DNA of 64,000 bases from a virus (Duplodnaviria > Caudoviricetes), in IMG/VR virus record IMGVR_UViG_3300005615_000002, positions 4,159 through 68,158 of that record. One strand, written 5' to 3'. Position 1 is the first letter of the stretch; each line of letters opens with the position of its first letter. This document shows, piece by piece, positions 1-9,878 of this stretch. Made by a program: the position numbers and the translations under genes. A model generated the notes under the pieces. That model was given only the letters and a program-made list of their open reading frames with translations. It had not been told where the DNA came from and did not search any database.

Positions 1-1
1 A

Positions 2-877
2 CCAACACTTCCTCCTCCAACGCTTCCCTTGCCCCCTCCGCAATGTCCGAGTATGAAAAACTTGTTTATTTTTTACTCTGGGGTTAATACCTGTAGTTAT
101 CTCAATTCTACAGGTACCTGCGGTATAGGCGAAAATATAACTTTTAATGTTGGTACATTTGGTTATGATCTAGGGTGTGCTACCCATACTATAAGATGGA
201 ATTTCGGAGATGGTAGTGGTGCAACATTCCAAACGCCTCCCATTCCAGCCCCTATTACACATTCTTATACTAAAGCTGGAGAATTCCCAGTAACATTAAC
301 AGTGTCAAGTCTATTTGAAACCGCCACTCGGCAAATTACAATAAAAGTAGGTAGTGGAACTACTATAACTCCACCAACCCCGCCGCCAGGACCAGGACCT
401 GTTATCCCACCACCTACAACAACCCCAGAATGTCCGCCCATAACTCCATGTCCAACATTTCCACCATGCCCACCTTTATTGCCGACTTGTACATGCCCAA
501 CAACCACAATTCCATGTACTCTGGTTGCTGCATGTATTACAACTACACTACTACCACCACAACCACCACCAGTATTTATTGACAATAGTTGTACCAAAAA
601 TACATCAATATTTTATACTGGGGCTGGAGATTGTACATCGGCTGGCAGTGGTGGTTCTTGTAAAACTTTTAATAATGTGATATTTACAGTAGATAACTAT
701 CCTTGGGCAGATTGTACAAACCCCGTTATGACATGGATTTTTGGAGACGGTTCTACTCCACAAGAGGGTACATTAGTACAACACACCTTTACGCAGGCCG
801 GTAGATACAATATCCAGTTAACTATTACTGTAAAGGGTACAACTACAGTTCTAACTAAAACAGTGGTGGTTGAATAA
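2..877 (+). CDS. PKD-domain, Pro/Cys-rich protein (5' end outside window)
   Basis: Frame is open from base 2. Two PKD-type motifs (WNFGDGS..HSYTKAGEFPVTLTV; WIFGDGS..HTFTQAGRYNIQLTIT) joined by a Pro/Thr/Cys-rich linker. Confidence 0.8.
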   Translation, partial: PTLPPPTLPLPPPQCPSMKNLFIFYSGVNTCSYLNSTGTCGIGENITFNVGTFGYDLGCATHTIRWNFGDGSGATFQTPPIPAPITHSYTKAGEFPVTLTVSSLFETATRQITIKVGSGTTITPPTPPPGPGPVIPPPTTTPECPPITPCPTFPPCPPLLPTCTCPTTTIPCTLVAACITTTLLPPQPPPVFIDNSCTKNTSIFYTGAGDCTSAGSGGSCKTFNNVIFTVDNYPWADCTNPVMTWIFGDGSTPQEGTLVQHTFTQAGRYNIQLTITVKGTTTVLTKTVVVE

Positions 878-879
878 TT

Positions 880-2118
880 ATGATTTATGGGTGCTGTATA
901 GATGCTAAAAAACCACTTTACTCTGCATCACTTGCTTTGCTACATGATGTACTAGGTAAAACTCCATTTTTGCGAATGAGTAGTAGTACAGCAGACTTAT
1001 TTCCTGCTTCTACAGTCTCTAATTTTGACGCTTTAGATGCTCAAATTGAAAAGGTTGTAGAAGCCGGTTTTGGTATATATTTTAATCCCACCGAGCTACC
1101 TGCCTGGGCCACTGGAGGTAAGGCTGCTTACACCGCTGGAATAAGTGGTTCAAGTTGTGCTGTTTTAGCTCAATGGAATGTACCAAAAACGTTGTGGGAA
1201 CACCTTTATAGTTTAATGCAGACCACTGAAGATACTAAGCAGCAAAATGTAATTAAAACTTCACTAGATGGTGTGCAGGGTTTAACAAACAATACTACAA
1301 GTATTGCATGGCATTTTATCAAAAACTATAAAGCAGAATTAGAGCATACGTGGGCGTGGAATAACCCAGAGAAACCAGATGGCGGCATTCATGTTTGGGG
1401 AGATTCTACTTTTGTTGAACAAGACAAATTGTCTGCTCCACGGCCCTATCTATTAAGTGCTGCCACAATACCGCATGCAGATCCTGGTGCTGTAAACTAC
1501 ATCTTTGAAACTCTAATAGCCCGTTATCTAAATGTCTGTAATATGATTGGTTATGGTAATGAGCCTGATATTGCCTTATTCAATCCATTAATACTTTTCG
1601 ATGGAGTTAATGGCGGTAATGGTGGAGATATCATAAAAGACAGGCTTATACCAGAGATATATGAACCATTCCTTAGAAGTATTTATGAGGCTGGTGTTAA
1701 ATCTAGACCGCAAGTAATCGGGCCTGATGTAGCATATCCAGGAACCTTAGCCCGTATGTATACAGCTTTTGAGGAAGCTGGTTTAATACATAGTTTAAAT
1801 GTTTTATCTTTCCATTGCTACGGTGATGGATGGAGATGGCCTGAAGGTAGTTATGAGCACGCAAAACAGTATTCTACTTACCTAAAAGACCATAAAAAAA
1901 CAGGCTTGATAACTGAGATAGATGGTGTTAACATTACACAATGGCTTAGAACCATTCTTTCTCTCAATTTGGGCTTTAGTGGAATCACATTCTTAGAGCC
2001 CACCAGGTTTGTTTCTGGATTTTATGAAGGCACGCCAGAACTAACCTCAGAAGGTATAGAATTAAAAAAGATTACTTCTCCATTAACTACTTTTAAACGT
2101 AGAGTTGTAAAACATTAA
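880..2118 (+). CDS. Glycoside hydrolase, clan GH-A TIM-barrel (GH5/GH39-like)
   Basis: GNEPD acid/base motif, VIGPD, LSFHCY and LITE nucleophile-like motif in the expected order. Confidence 0.7.
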   Translation: MIYGCCIDAKKPLYSASLALLHDVLGKTPFLRMSSSTADLFPASTVSNFDALDAQIEKVVEAGFGIYFNPTELPAWATGGKAAYTAGISGSSCAVLAQWNVPKTLWEHLYSLMQTTEDTKQQNVIKTSLDGVQGLTNNTTSIAWHFIKNYKAELEHTWAWNNPEKPDGGIHVWGDSTFVEQDKLSAPRPYLLSAATIPHADPGAVNYIFETLIARYLNVCNMIGYGNEPDIALFNPLILFDGVNGGNGGDIIKDRLIPEIYEPFLRSIYEAGVKSRPQVIGPDVAYPGTLARMYTAFEEAGLIHSLNVLSFHCYGDGWRWPEGSYEHAKQYSTYLKDHKKTGLITEIDGVNITQWLRTILSLNLGFSGITFLEPTRFVSGFYEGTPELTSEGIELKKITSPLTTFKRRVVKH

Positions 2119-2129
2119 GGAGTACCTGA

Positions 2130-2312
2130 ATGAGACGTTGGGAAGTCTACTATACTTATTGTGTAGATGCTTCTGTTCGTGTAGATGCTGAATCTGAACA
2201 AGAGGCTATGGAAAAAGTATCTAATGCTTGGGAGAACAATGATGGGGAAGTAACTCGTCCTAAGACATTAGATTACTCAGACTTTGAAGTATTATATGCC
2301 AAGAAACGGTGA
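2130..2312 (+). CDS. Small hypothetical protein
   Basis: 60 aa ORF with AAGGAG RBS upstream; in operon spacing. Confidence 0.7.
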   Translation: MRRWEVYYTYCVDASVRVDAESEQEAMEKVSNAWENNDGEVTRPKTLDYSDFEVLYAKKR

Positions 2313-2315
2313 ATA

Positions 2316-2468
2316 ATGGATTCAGAAACTAGAAGAGCAGTTCAAGCCCTTTGTCGAAAATTGGGACATGAATGGAAAGAAACAACAATTTATAAGGTTA
2401 CAGAGGTTAGATGCAAGATTTGTGATATGAGTAAGGCCATATTTGATATGGGCTCTTATGATAGGTAA
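2316..2468 (+). CDS. Small Cys/His hypothetical protein (50 aa, not in ORF track)
   Basis: ATG 2316, MDSETRRAVQALCRKLGHEW...RCKICD..., TAA 2466-2468; fills the gap before polA. Confidence 0.6.
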   Translation: MDSETRRAVQALCRKLGHEWKETTIYKVTEVRCKICDMSKAIFDMGSYDR

Positions 2469-5064
2469 GTTTGTTAGTGGTGAGGGTCCAGAAGATGCCT
2501 ATGTGATGCTTGTTGGTGAGGCTCCTGGGCGAATGGAAGCATCTATAGGACGCCCTTTTTGTGGTGTAAGTGGGCAGGAACTCAATAGATACCTTCTAAT
2601 GCAGGCTGGTATAAGACGGCAGGATTGTTACATCACAAACGTAGTCAAGTACCGCCCTGATGAGGAAAATTCTGACCCCACAATTGAAGATATAGCTCGT
2701 GACGAGCCATATTTATTGGCTGAAATAGATCAAGTAAAACCCAAGATAATAGTTCCCGTAGGCAGAATTGCGGCTCAATACTTTCTTGGCCCAATTGACA
2801 TGGAATTCGAATATGGACTACCTCATTGGTCTGATAAATTCGATTGTTACATATTTCCAGTGTATCATCCCGCAGCCGGATTACATCAGGCGGATAGATA
2901 CTCTAAACTTATCTACAATGGGTTCAGGCGGTTAGGACTATTTCTTAATGGCCAGCTAGATAGAACACAAGATATACCCGCTAACTATCATAATAGAACT
3001 AGTTTTATCTTAGCTATTGAAATGGCTATTGATACAGAAGGTTATCCAACCAACCCTTGGGGATTGTCATGGTCTACAAATCATGGTGAGGGGTTTGTAT
3101 TAACTCATAATAATTTTAATAAATGGCTTATACCTCCAGAAAAAATAATCTTCCATAATGCTCTTTGGGATCTAAAAGTCCTACGCGGCATGGGTATAGA
3201 AATACCCCATAACAAAATAGAAGACACAATGCTTATCTCCCATTTGCTATGTGTTGAGCCCAAGAAACTTAAAGCTCTTGCCTATCGTGAAGCTGGCATG
3301 GAGATGGAGGAATATAAAGAGGTAATTAAAGAGGCTGATGAAAGAGTATCCCGAAATTACCTGGAACGAGTTTATAGCTCCAGTCTGTGCTCTGAATGCG
3401 GAGGCCGTGGAGAGTCTACAAGACCATGGAAACGAAATCCAAACAAATTTACCAAAGAAAAATGCAAACGATGTGATGGAGATGGGACAACCCTCCCTAA
3501 ACCCGAGTCTCAACTCGTATTCAACTCGGATTTCACTGCCAAACTCTATACCCCTGAAAGTACTGGTAGAAGACTTAGAGCATTTCTATCGAGTAATAAT
3601 AACTATCGAGATAGATGGTACGGACTTTCTAGTAACATCAGGAGCAGTATCGAAGTCAGCTTTGGGCAATTCCCAGAAGTAAGTCTAGATGATGTCGAGC
3701 CTAAAGAAAGGGCCATTAACTACTCTGCACGTGACGCTGATGCTACACTAAGGGTATATCACAAACTACGGCCTAGAATAACAGAAATGGGTCTAGAAAA
3801 GGCATATGAGATAGACCTAGGCTGTATACCTATTATTGATCGTATGCATCAGAATGGCATTTTAATAGATAAGCAATACTTCCGAGATTTAGATGCCAAA
3901 TTTGAAAAAGAGCAGTATTTAGTTCTTCAAAAAATGTATGATGAGGTTGGAGTTTATTTCAGCCCTACCTCACCTCCACAGATGAAACGTGAATTAGCCA
4001 AATTAGGCATTAAAAACCTAGATTCTACAAACGAGCGTACATTACAACTACTGAAAATACAAACAGACAATCCAAAAGTCAAAAGTCTTATTGATCTCGG
4101 TTTGGAGTACAGAGAACTCAGTAAGATGCGGGGAACATACACATATAGGCTAATCAATGAAGCTGATGAAAATTCTAGAATTCACACTACGTTTATTTTG
4201 TCTGCTCAGGAGGGTGAAGATTCTGCTGAGGCGCCATCTACGGGACGTCTCTCTTCCAGGAATCCTAATCTACAAAATATTCCGGTAGGACAAGGCCGTG
4301 GTGAGATGATCCGGGCTGGCTTCATTGCTAAGCTTGGATGCAGTCTATTATCTGTGGACCTTTCCCAGATTGAGCTTAGGGTAGGTGCCCACCTAGCTCA
4401 TGAAAGAAACATGATAGAAGCATTTAAGAGTGGTAAAGACTTGCATACCTTTACTGCTTCTAAAATGTTTAATGTGCCTTACGATCAGGTAGACAAAAAA
4501 AAGCACCGTTACCCAGCCAAATCTATTAATTTTGGTATTTTCTATGGAATGTCTGAATATAGATTACAGTCAGAACTAGCTGTTGAAGGTATCATAATTA
4601 GTTTAGAAGAAGCTAGAGAATTTATAAAAGCATGGTTCTCTATTTATCCTGGAATAAATGAATACATGCATAATGTTCAAGCAGAAGCCCGTCAGAATTA
4701 CTTTGTACGGACTATGTTTGGGCGTATTAGATATTTACCTAATGTACATTCTAAAGATCCCAGAGCACGTGAAGAGGCTTTAAGACAGGCGGGAAATCAC
4801 CCCGTTCAAGGCAGTAGTGGGGATATTCTAAAAATTGCTATGGCAAATATTCATAAAAAAGTCTATCCCGAGTTTAAGGCTATGAATAAATGTTTTGAAC
4901 CACTATTGTCAATTCATGATGAAATTATATTTGAAGTTGATGATGAAATAGCGGAATTAGCCTCTGCAATGGTTGCATATGAGATGGAACATGCTGTAGA
5001 ATTAGATGTACCACTACTCTCCTCTCATGTTATTGCAAAGGATTGGAGTAAATTAAAGGATTAA
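2458..5064 (+). CDS. polA: Family A DNA polymerase with N-terminal family-4-like uracil-DNA glycosylase domain and 3'-5' exonuclease
   Basis: UDG motifs GEAPG..E...G.PF.G.SG, ITNVVKYRP, YHPAA. Exo motifs IDTEG, FHNALWD, YSARDAD. Pol motifs TGRLSSRNPNLQNIP, DLSQIELR, AKSINFGIFYG, VQGS, IHDEI. ATG 2458 preferred over TTG 2443. Confidence 0.93.
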   Translation: MIGKFVSGEGPEDAYVMLVGEAPGRMEASIGRPFCGVSGQELNRYLLMQAGIRRQDCYITNVVKYRPDEENSDPTIEDIARDEPYLLAEIDQVKPKIIVPVGRIAAQYFLGPIDMEFEYGLPHWSDKFDCYIFPVYHPAAGLHQADRYSKLIYNGFRRLGLFLNGQLDRTQDIPANYHNRTSFILAIEMAIDTEGYPTNPWGLSWSTNHGEGFVLTHNNFNKWLIPPEKIIFHNALWDLKVLRGMGIEIPHNKIEDTMLISHLLCVEPKKLKALAYREAGMEMEEYKEVIKEADERVSRNYLERVYSSSLCSECGGRGESTRPWKRNPNKFTKEKCKRCDGDGTTLPKPESQLVFNSDFTAKLYTPESTGRRLRAFLSSNNNYRDRWYGLSSNIRSSIEVSFGQFPEVSLDDVEPKERAINYSARDADATLRVYHKLRPRITEMGLEKAYEIDLGCIPIIDRMHQNGILIDKQYFRDLDAKFEKEQYLVLQKMYDEVGVYFSPTSPPQMKRELAKLGIKNLDSTNERTLQLLKIQTDNPKVKSLIDLGLEYRELSKMRGTYTYRLINEADENSRIHTTFILSAQEGEDSAEAPSTGRLSSRNPNLQNIPVGQGRGEMIRAGFIAKLGCSLLSVDLSQIELRVGAHLAHERNMIEAFKSGKDLHTFTASKMFNVPYDQVDKKKHRYPAKSINFGIFYGMSEYRLQSELAVEGIIISLEEAREFIKAWFSIYPGINEYMHNVQAEARQNYFVRTMFGRIRYLPNVHSKDPRAREEALRQAGNHPVQGSSGDILKIAMANIHKKVYPEFKAMNKCFEPLLSIHDEIIFEVDDEIAELASAMVAYEMEHAVELDVPLLSSHVIAKDWSKLKD

Positions 5065-5065
5065 T

Positions 5066-5476
5066 ATGACTCAACCTACAATGAATGTACCAGTACCCGA
5101 TGTAGACGAATTGGAATTAGACAAATATACAGCATCAGGCCGTACAGCTAAAGAACTAGTTGACAGGCGGCAGTCTCTAAAAGATGAAATTGCTTTATGT
5201 GAACAAGAGATTAAAGATTTAGATACAGAACTTGGTTTAGCGTGTGACATGCGCAACGTTAAAAATGCAGTTTGTGGAAATTGGCTTATTATTAGACGTC
5301 AGGGTTCCAAGCCGCGCGCCACTTTAGATAGAGTACTACTTCTAGAGGCTGGAGTTACTCCACAACAGTTGGAAATGGGTACTAAACTCTCTGAACAAGG
5401 AAAGCCTGGAATTACTATACAGGACCTTTCTAAAACGACAACCAATAGATTTAATCATAATATAGAAGAATCATAA
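5066..5476 (+). CDS. Hypothetical protein with coiled-coil N-terminal half
   Basis: 136 aa ORF tightly spaced after polA. Confidence 0.75.
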   Translation: MTQPTMNVPVPDVDELELDKYTASGRTAKELVDRRQSLKDEIALCEQEIKDLDTELGLACDMRNVKNAVCGNWLIIRRQGSKPRATLDRVLLLEAGVTPQQLEMGTKLSEQGKPGITIQDLSKTTTNRFNHNIEES

Positions 5477-5483
5477 AAATTAA

Positions 5484-6641
5484 ATGCCTGTACCAATATT
5501 GTTAATATCGGATGCTCCCGATACTCAAACTGGCTTAGGACGTATTACACGCGACCTAGCTTTTGTACTATCTGAAATGCCAGAATTTAGGGTTGGCACT
5601 TTTGGGCGTGGAGGTTTAGGCTCTAAAAGTCTCCCCTGGGCTCAATACTTATTTCCGGAATCTGAGCAGTGGGGAGAGAACCTATTAATTAAAGCTTGTG
5701 AGGATTTTAGTCCAAATGTTCCATTCATTATTTTCACTATCTGGGACGCTTCTCGTTTGTTCTGGTTTGGTCATCCTGATACTCTTCCCGAGGGCTATCC
5801 ACTTAAGTCGTTCTTATTATCAAACCAATTCCAACGCTGGGGATACTTTCCTATTGATGCTTATGGTCCTAATAAGGGATTTTCTAGTATTAGTAGCGCT
5901 GCTTTGGATAGGTTTGACAGAATGTTGGCTTATTCAAAGTTTGGTCGAGATGTCCTCTCAGCTACCCGTGATAATTGGTGCCCAGATTTTATTCCGCATG
6001 GTATCGATCAGGATACTTTTATTAATATGGAGGATAGGAGTACAGGGAGACTTTTTTTAAATGTAGATATGGAAGCTAAATTAGTAGGTTGCGTGATGAC
6101 GAACCAAGCACGCAAAGATTGGGGTTTATGGGCACACATAGCTAAAAATCTTATAAACAAAGATCCTAAATATATGTTCTGGGTACACATCGATGCTTTA
6201 GAACGTTATTGGTCTTTACCAGCTCTTATAGAAGATTTTGGGATAGGCAAACATGTACGTGTTACACAGGCTCTTACTGATAATGAATTAGCTGTTTTAT
6301 ACAATGCTTGTGATATTACAATGCTTCCGAGTCTAGGAGAAGGTTTTGGTTACCCTATCGCAGAGTCTCTAGCTTGTGGGACGCCTGTAGTACATCATGA
6401 TTATGGGGCTGGCCATGAAATGATAGAATTTGGTGAAATCGTTCATGCAGACATATTTAGATTAGATACATTGCATAACGTCTACCGCCCGGTATTTTAC
6501 CCAGAAGTATGGGCTAGTAAAATACAGTATGCATTATCTAAACAGTACAATCGAGAAGAAGTGAGAGCCAGCGTAGAACATTTATTTTGGAATAATTTAG
6601 CACCTGTGTGGAAGAATTGGTTTAAACAAGGATTAACATAA
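5484..6641 (+). CDS. Glycosyltransferase, GT-B fold (GT4-like)
   Basis: ISDAPDTQTGLGR N-terminal motif, IPHGID, LYNACD..MLPSLGEGFGYPIAESLACGTPVV (EX7E). Confidence 0.9.
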   Translation: MPVPILLISDAPDTQTGLGRITRDLAFVLSEMPEFRVGTFGRGGLGSKSLPWAQYLFPESEQWGENLLIKACEDFSPNVPFIIFTIWDASRLFWFGHPDTLPEGYPLKSFLLSNQFQRWGYFPIDAYGPNKGFSSISSAALDRFDRMLAYSKFGRDVLSATRDNWCPDFIPHGIDQDTFINMEDRSTGRLFLNVDMEAKLVGCVMTNQARKDWGLWAHIAKNLINKDPKYMFWVHIDALERYWSLPALIEDFGIGKHVRVTQALTDNELAVLYNACDITMLPSLGEGFGYPIAESLACGTPVVHHDYGAGHEMIEFGEIVHADIFRLDTLHNVYRPVFYPEVWASKIQYALSKQYNREEVRASVEHLFWNNLAPVWKNWFKQGLT

Positions 6642-7070
6642 ATGAATGTTGGCATAGTTGGGCATGAAGCAGCTAAATTCACTACACTTAGCGAGGGTCT
6701 TGCCAGAAATCTTATACGAGAAATACTAATACAAGAAAAGCCTACCAAAGTAATAAGTGGTAAATGTCATTTAGGTGGGATTGATGTTTGGGCAATAGAA
6801 GAAGCTTTTAAAATGGGCATACCATTTAAAGAGTATCCTCCTGTTAAATTGAATTGGTCAGAAGGCTTTAAACCACGGAATATAGATATTGCTGCGAACA
6901 TTGATGTTATCTACTGTATTGTAGTTTCTAAGTATCCAGATGATTATGATGGTATGAGGTTTAAGCATTGTTATCATTGTAATACTTCTGAACATATTAA
7001 ATCTGGTGGTTGTTGGACTGCTAAATATGCTGAAAAACTAGGCAAAAAAGCTAGGTGGCTGGTTCTATGA
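6642..7070 (+). CDS. SLOG-superfamily (DprA/YspA-like) protein
   Basis: VGIVG start, VISGKCHLGGIDVWA, RN..IA, GG.WT pattern. Confidence 0.6.
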   Translation: MNVGIVGHEAAKFTTLSEGLARNLIREILIQEKPTKVISGKCHLGGIDVWAIEEAFKMGIPFKEYPPVKLNWSEGFKPRNIDIAANIDVIYCIVVSKYPDDYDGMRFKHCYHCNTSEHIKSGGCWTAKYAEKLGKKARWLVL

Positions 7071-8416
7071 AGATAGTATTAATTACAAGAGATCGCCCAG
7101 AATTAACTGAACAAACTATAAGTACCATGGTGACCAATGCGGCAAACTGGTCCGCACACGAGCTGTTTGTTGTCTATGATGGTGATGCTCATGATGCAAT
7201 GTTTGATTATTTACAGCAGATATTACCTGTTGAAGTACACCCTACTGGCAGTCAGTTAGGTGTAGGTGGTGCCAAAAATTTCGGTGTTGAATGTTTAGAA
7301 TATGAGCATGATGGGCTAGATGATAATGAAATCATTATGTTTTCTGATAATGATATGTATTATTTACCTAACTGGGACACGAATCTCGTTGGATTGTTTC
7401 ACAGTCCAATTAAACAATTAGGAGGGTGGAGACACCCCTTCCATAAACCTAGTTTAAATGCTTGGTCGGGATATATTACAGGTAAAGGCCGAGCTATCGA
7501 GGTAGATGCTGCGACAGGTAATTGTTTCGTAATTAAGTATTTAGATTGGACTATATATGGGCCTTTCGATGCTAATGCTCTAGGCCCTGGACAGTCAGAG
7601 GACTATGCATTATCACAGCGCATCAAGGCGGGAGGTGGTATTGTGGTAACTCTTGACCTTCCTGTTGCTATTCATTGTGGCCTTGCTAACTGCCTTGGAC
7701 AGCCTGCTACAGGGTGGGCAGAGATGGCTGAAATGGCTGAAAAGCAACTTGAAGCGAATAATATAGATAAAATTTGGTTATCAACTCCAGATGAAGGAAC
7801 TATTTTACTTGAAAATATTGGACAGACTCATACAATTCACACAAGCACTGTTTTTGGTGACTGGAACATTAATTTTAGTGGCATTAATTGTGGTAGTGGG
7901 CAAAGGAGTTTTGATAATACTAGGGGTTGGATAAATATTGATTGTGTTAGTCGTCCTCCTGACCAAGTTCCTGATGTGGTTTTGGACGCTACTAAGTTAG
8001 ATACTGTATTTGAAGAAAATTCCCAGAATATGGTAGTTCTTCATCATGTTTTAGAACATTTTGGGTGTGGAGAAGCAGATGAGGTTCTTAAACAATGCTA
8101 TAAAGTTCTTAGTCCTGGGGGTAGTTTACTCGTTTTTGTTCCTGATTTACGTAAGCTTGCTGGCCGTTGGTTATCTGGAGAACTCGAAGACTTCCAATTT
8201 TTAGTTAATGTTTATGGAGCCTATCAAGGTTTGGAAGGTGATAGACATAAATGGGGATATGATATTAACTTACTTAAAGATTATATAGTCAAAACTTTAT
8301 TTGATGGAGATTTTACACAACAAATAAAGATAAAAGAGTTTGATTGGAGAGAAATATCAGGAGCAGATATAGCTCGTGACTGGTGGATATTAGGCATGGA
8401 AGTGCTTAAATGCTGA
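7067..8416 (+). CDS. GT2-like glycosyltransferase fused to class I SAM methyltransferase
   Basis: N-terminal IVLITRDR..VVYDG..FSDND (DxD). C-terminal INCGSG..WINID..DAT..HVLEH..KVLSPGG. ATGA overlap with the previous gene. Confidence 0.82.
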   Translation: MKIVLITRDRPELTEQTISTMVTNAANWSAHELFVVYDGDAHDAMFDYLQQILPVEVHPTGSQLGVGGAKNFGVECLEYEHDGLDDNEIIMFSDNDMYYLPNWDTNLVGLFHSPIKQLGGWRHPFHKPSLNAWSGYITGKGRAIEVDAATGNCFVIKYLDWTIYGPFDANALGPGQSEDYALSQRIKAGGGIVVTLDLPVAIHCGLANCLGQPATGWAEMAEMAEKQLEANNIDKIWLSTPDEGTILLENIGQTHTIHTSTVFGDWNINFSGINCGSGQRSFDNTRGWINIDCVSRPPDQVPDVVLDATKLDTVFEENSQNMVVLHHVLEHFGCGEADEVLKQCYKVLSPGGSLLVFVPDLRKLAGRWLSGELEDFQFLVNVYGAYQGLEGDRHKWGYDINLLKDYIVKTLFDGDFTQQIKIKEFDWREISGADIARDWWILGMEVLKC

Positions 8417-9033
8417 CTATATTGGCACCTGCATATTATAATGACTGGTCTAAAGTTAAGTATCTAAAAGAGTCGGCAGAATACTTAGATATGCCTATTC
8501 ACTGGTATGGTTTTAATAAACCATATACTGGCTGGTATAATGTCCAAATCATTGATTTAATAACTGAACTTAAAAGCTTAGAAACTCCATATGTAATATA
8601 CACTGATGCTTCTGATACTATCTTTAATTTTCCAATCTATACTCCTGGGATATTACCACAAAAGGAGTGGATTATCATGAGTCAGGAACATGATGGAGGT
8701 TTATGCGCCGGTGGTTGGTTTGGACCGCGTGAATATGCCATTTCTGCGTTGGAGATTCTAAAAGATTACATACCTACCAATACTGTAGATGTGATGAATC
8801 CTCAAGAACGTTGGCGTGAAGCAGCTAAAAAGAAACTGGTTCACGTATTTCCAGATACTATGCGTACTTTTTTCCAAGTAGTAGATGAACCACTTGTAGT
8901 TAAAGACAAAATGCTTTATAATCCTGAGATCAACATATTTCCTAGTATTGTACACTGGGCAGGCGGATATACCGATCCAGAAAAAGGGAAGGCAGAGTTG
9001 ATAGAACCTTATTGGAGTCAGCTTGGATTTTGA
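8410..9033 (+). CDS. Glycosyltransferase-like protein (GT-A, PLOD-GT-like)
   Basis: VIYTDASD DxD motif, LCAGGWFG, IVHWAGG. Confidence 0.55.
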   Translation: MLTILAPAYYNDWSKVKYLKESAEYLDMPIHWYGFNKPYTGWYNVQIIDLITELKSLETPYVIYTDASDTIFNFPIYTPGILPQKEWIIMSQEHDGGLCAGGWFGPREYAISALEILKDYIPTNTVDVMNPQERWREAAKKKLVHVFPDTMRTFFQVVDEPLVVKDKMLYNPEINIFPSIVHWAGGYTDPEKGKAELIEPYWSQLGF

Positions 9034-9589
9034 AACTGTCTATAACACAAAGGTAGAAAAGTGCTCTCATGAAACTGCTTTTAATAAAGTAGAAGCAGAG
9101 AAGTTATGGACTTTAGCACAAACTTTGACTGGAGATGATTATGTAGTTGAAATCGGAGTAGAATTTGGCCGCTCTACAACAATTTTAGGATATTGTGCTT
9201 TAGCCAACTGCTTCAATTTCGTAGCTATAGATGCTTGGGTCGGAGAATATAGTCCTAAAGCAAAACAACATATACTAAATATTCTACAAGGTGAGTGGTG
9301 TTTACCAATCAATCTATGGAGTTTGTCATCATATGAAGCAGCTAAAATATATAACAAGCCTATTTCTTTAATACATATAGATGGTGGTCATGAGTATGAA
9401 GAAGTCCTACAAGATTGTACTCTATGGCTGCCTAAAGTTAAAAAAGGTGGGTATGCCTGTTTTGACGATTATGGTCATGATAGTCTACCAGGAGTATTTG
9501 CTGCGGTACAAGATTACATGAAGTATCATACAGAATGGGAGTTTCTTGGACGATTTGGAAATAAACTGGGTGTATTTAGGAATAAATAA
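9023..9589 (+). CDS. Class I SAM methyltransferase (Methyltransf_24-like)
   Basis: VVEIGVEFGRST, LIHIDGGHEYEEVLQD, KKGGYACFDDY; TTG start. Confidence 0.85.
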   Translation: MDFETVYNTKVEKCSHETAFNKVEAEKLWTLAQTLTGDDYVVEIGVEFGRSTTILGYCALANCFNFVAIDAWVGEYSPKAKQHILNILQGEWCLPINLWSLSSYEAAKIYNKPISLIHIDGGHEYEEVLQDCTLWLPKVKKGGYACFDDYGHDSLPGVFAAVQDYMKYHTEWEFLGRFGNKLGVFRNK

Positions 9590-9590
9590 A

Positions 9591-9878
9591 ATGACAACAG
9601 ACATCAATGTAATACTAGCTGATGTTGTAGAAGAAATAGAAGCGGCAGAAGCAAAATTTCCTCAATGGCCTATAGATCCAGTACATGCAGTTGCTATAAT
9701 TAATGAAGAAGTAGGTGAGCTTACTAAGGCTGTTTTTCAGGCATCATATGATCCAATATCAATAGATCAATTAATAGAAATAGAAGAAGAAGCTCTACAA
9801 GTAGCAGCGGCAGCCTTAATGTTTCTAAAACATACAAATAAGTATGAATATAAACCATGCGAGCAGACTAGACTGTGA
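9591..9878 (+). CDS. MazG-like all-alpha NTP pyrophosphohydrolase
   Basis: AIINEEVGELTKA...EEEALQVAAAA pattern; ATG 9591 directly after the previous stop. Confidence 0.7.
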   Translation: MTTDINVILADVVEEIEAAEAKFPQWPIDPVHAVAIINEEVGELTKAVFQASYDPISIDQLIEIEEEALQVAAAALMFLKHTNKYEYKPCEQTRL

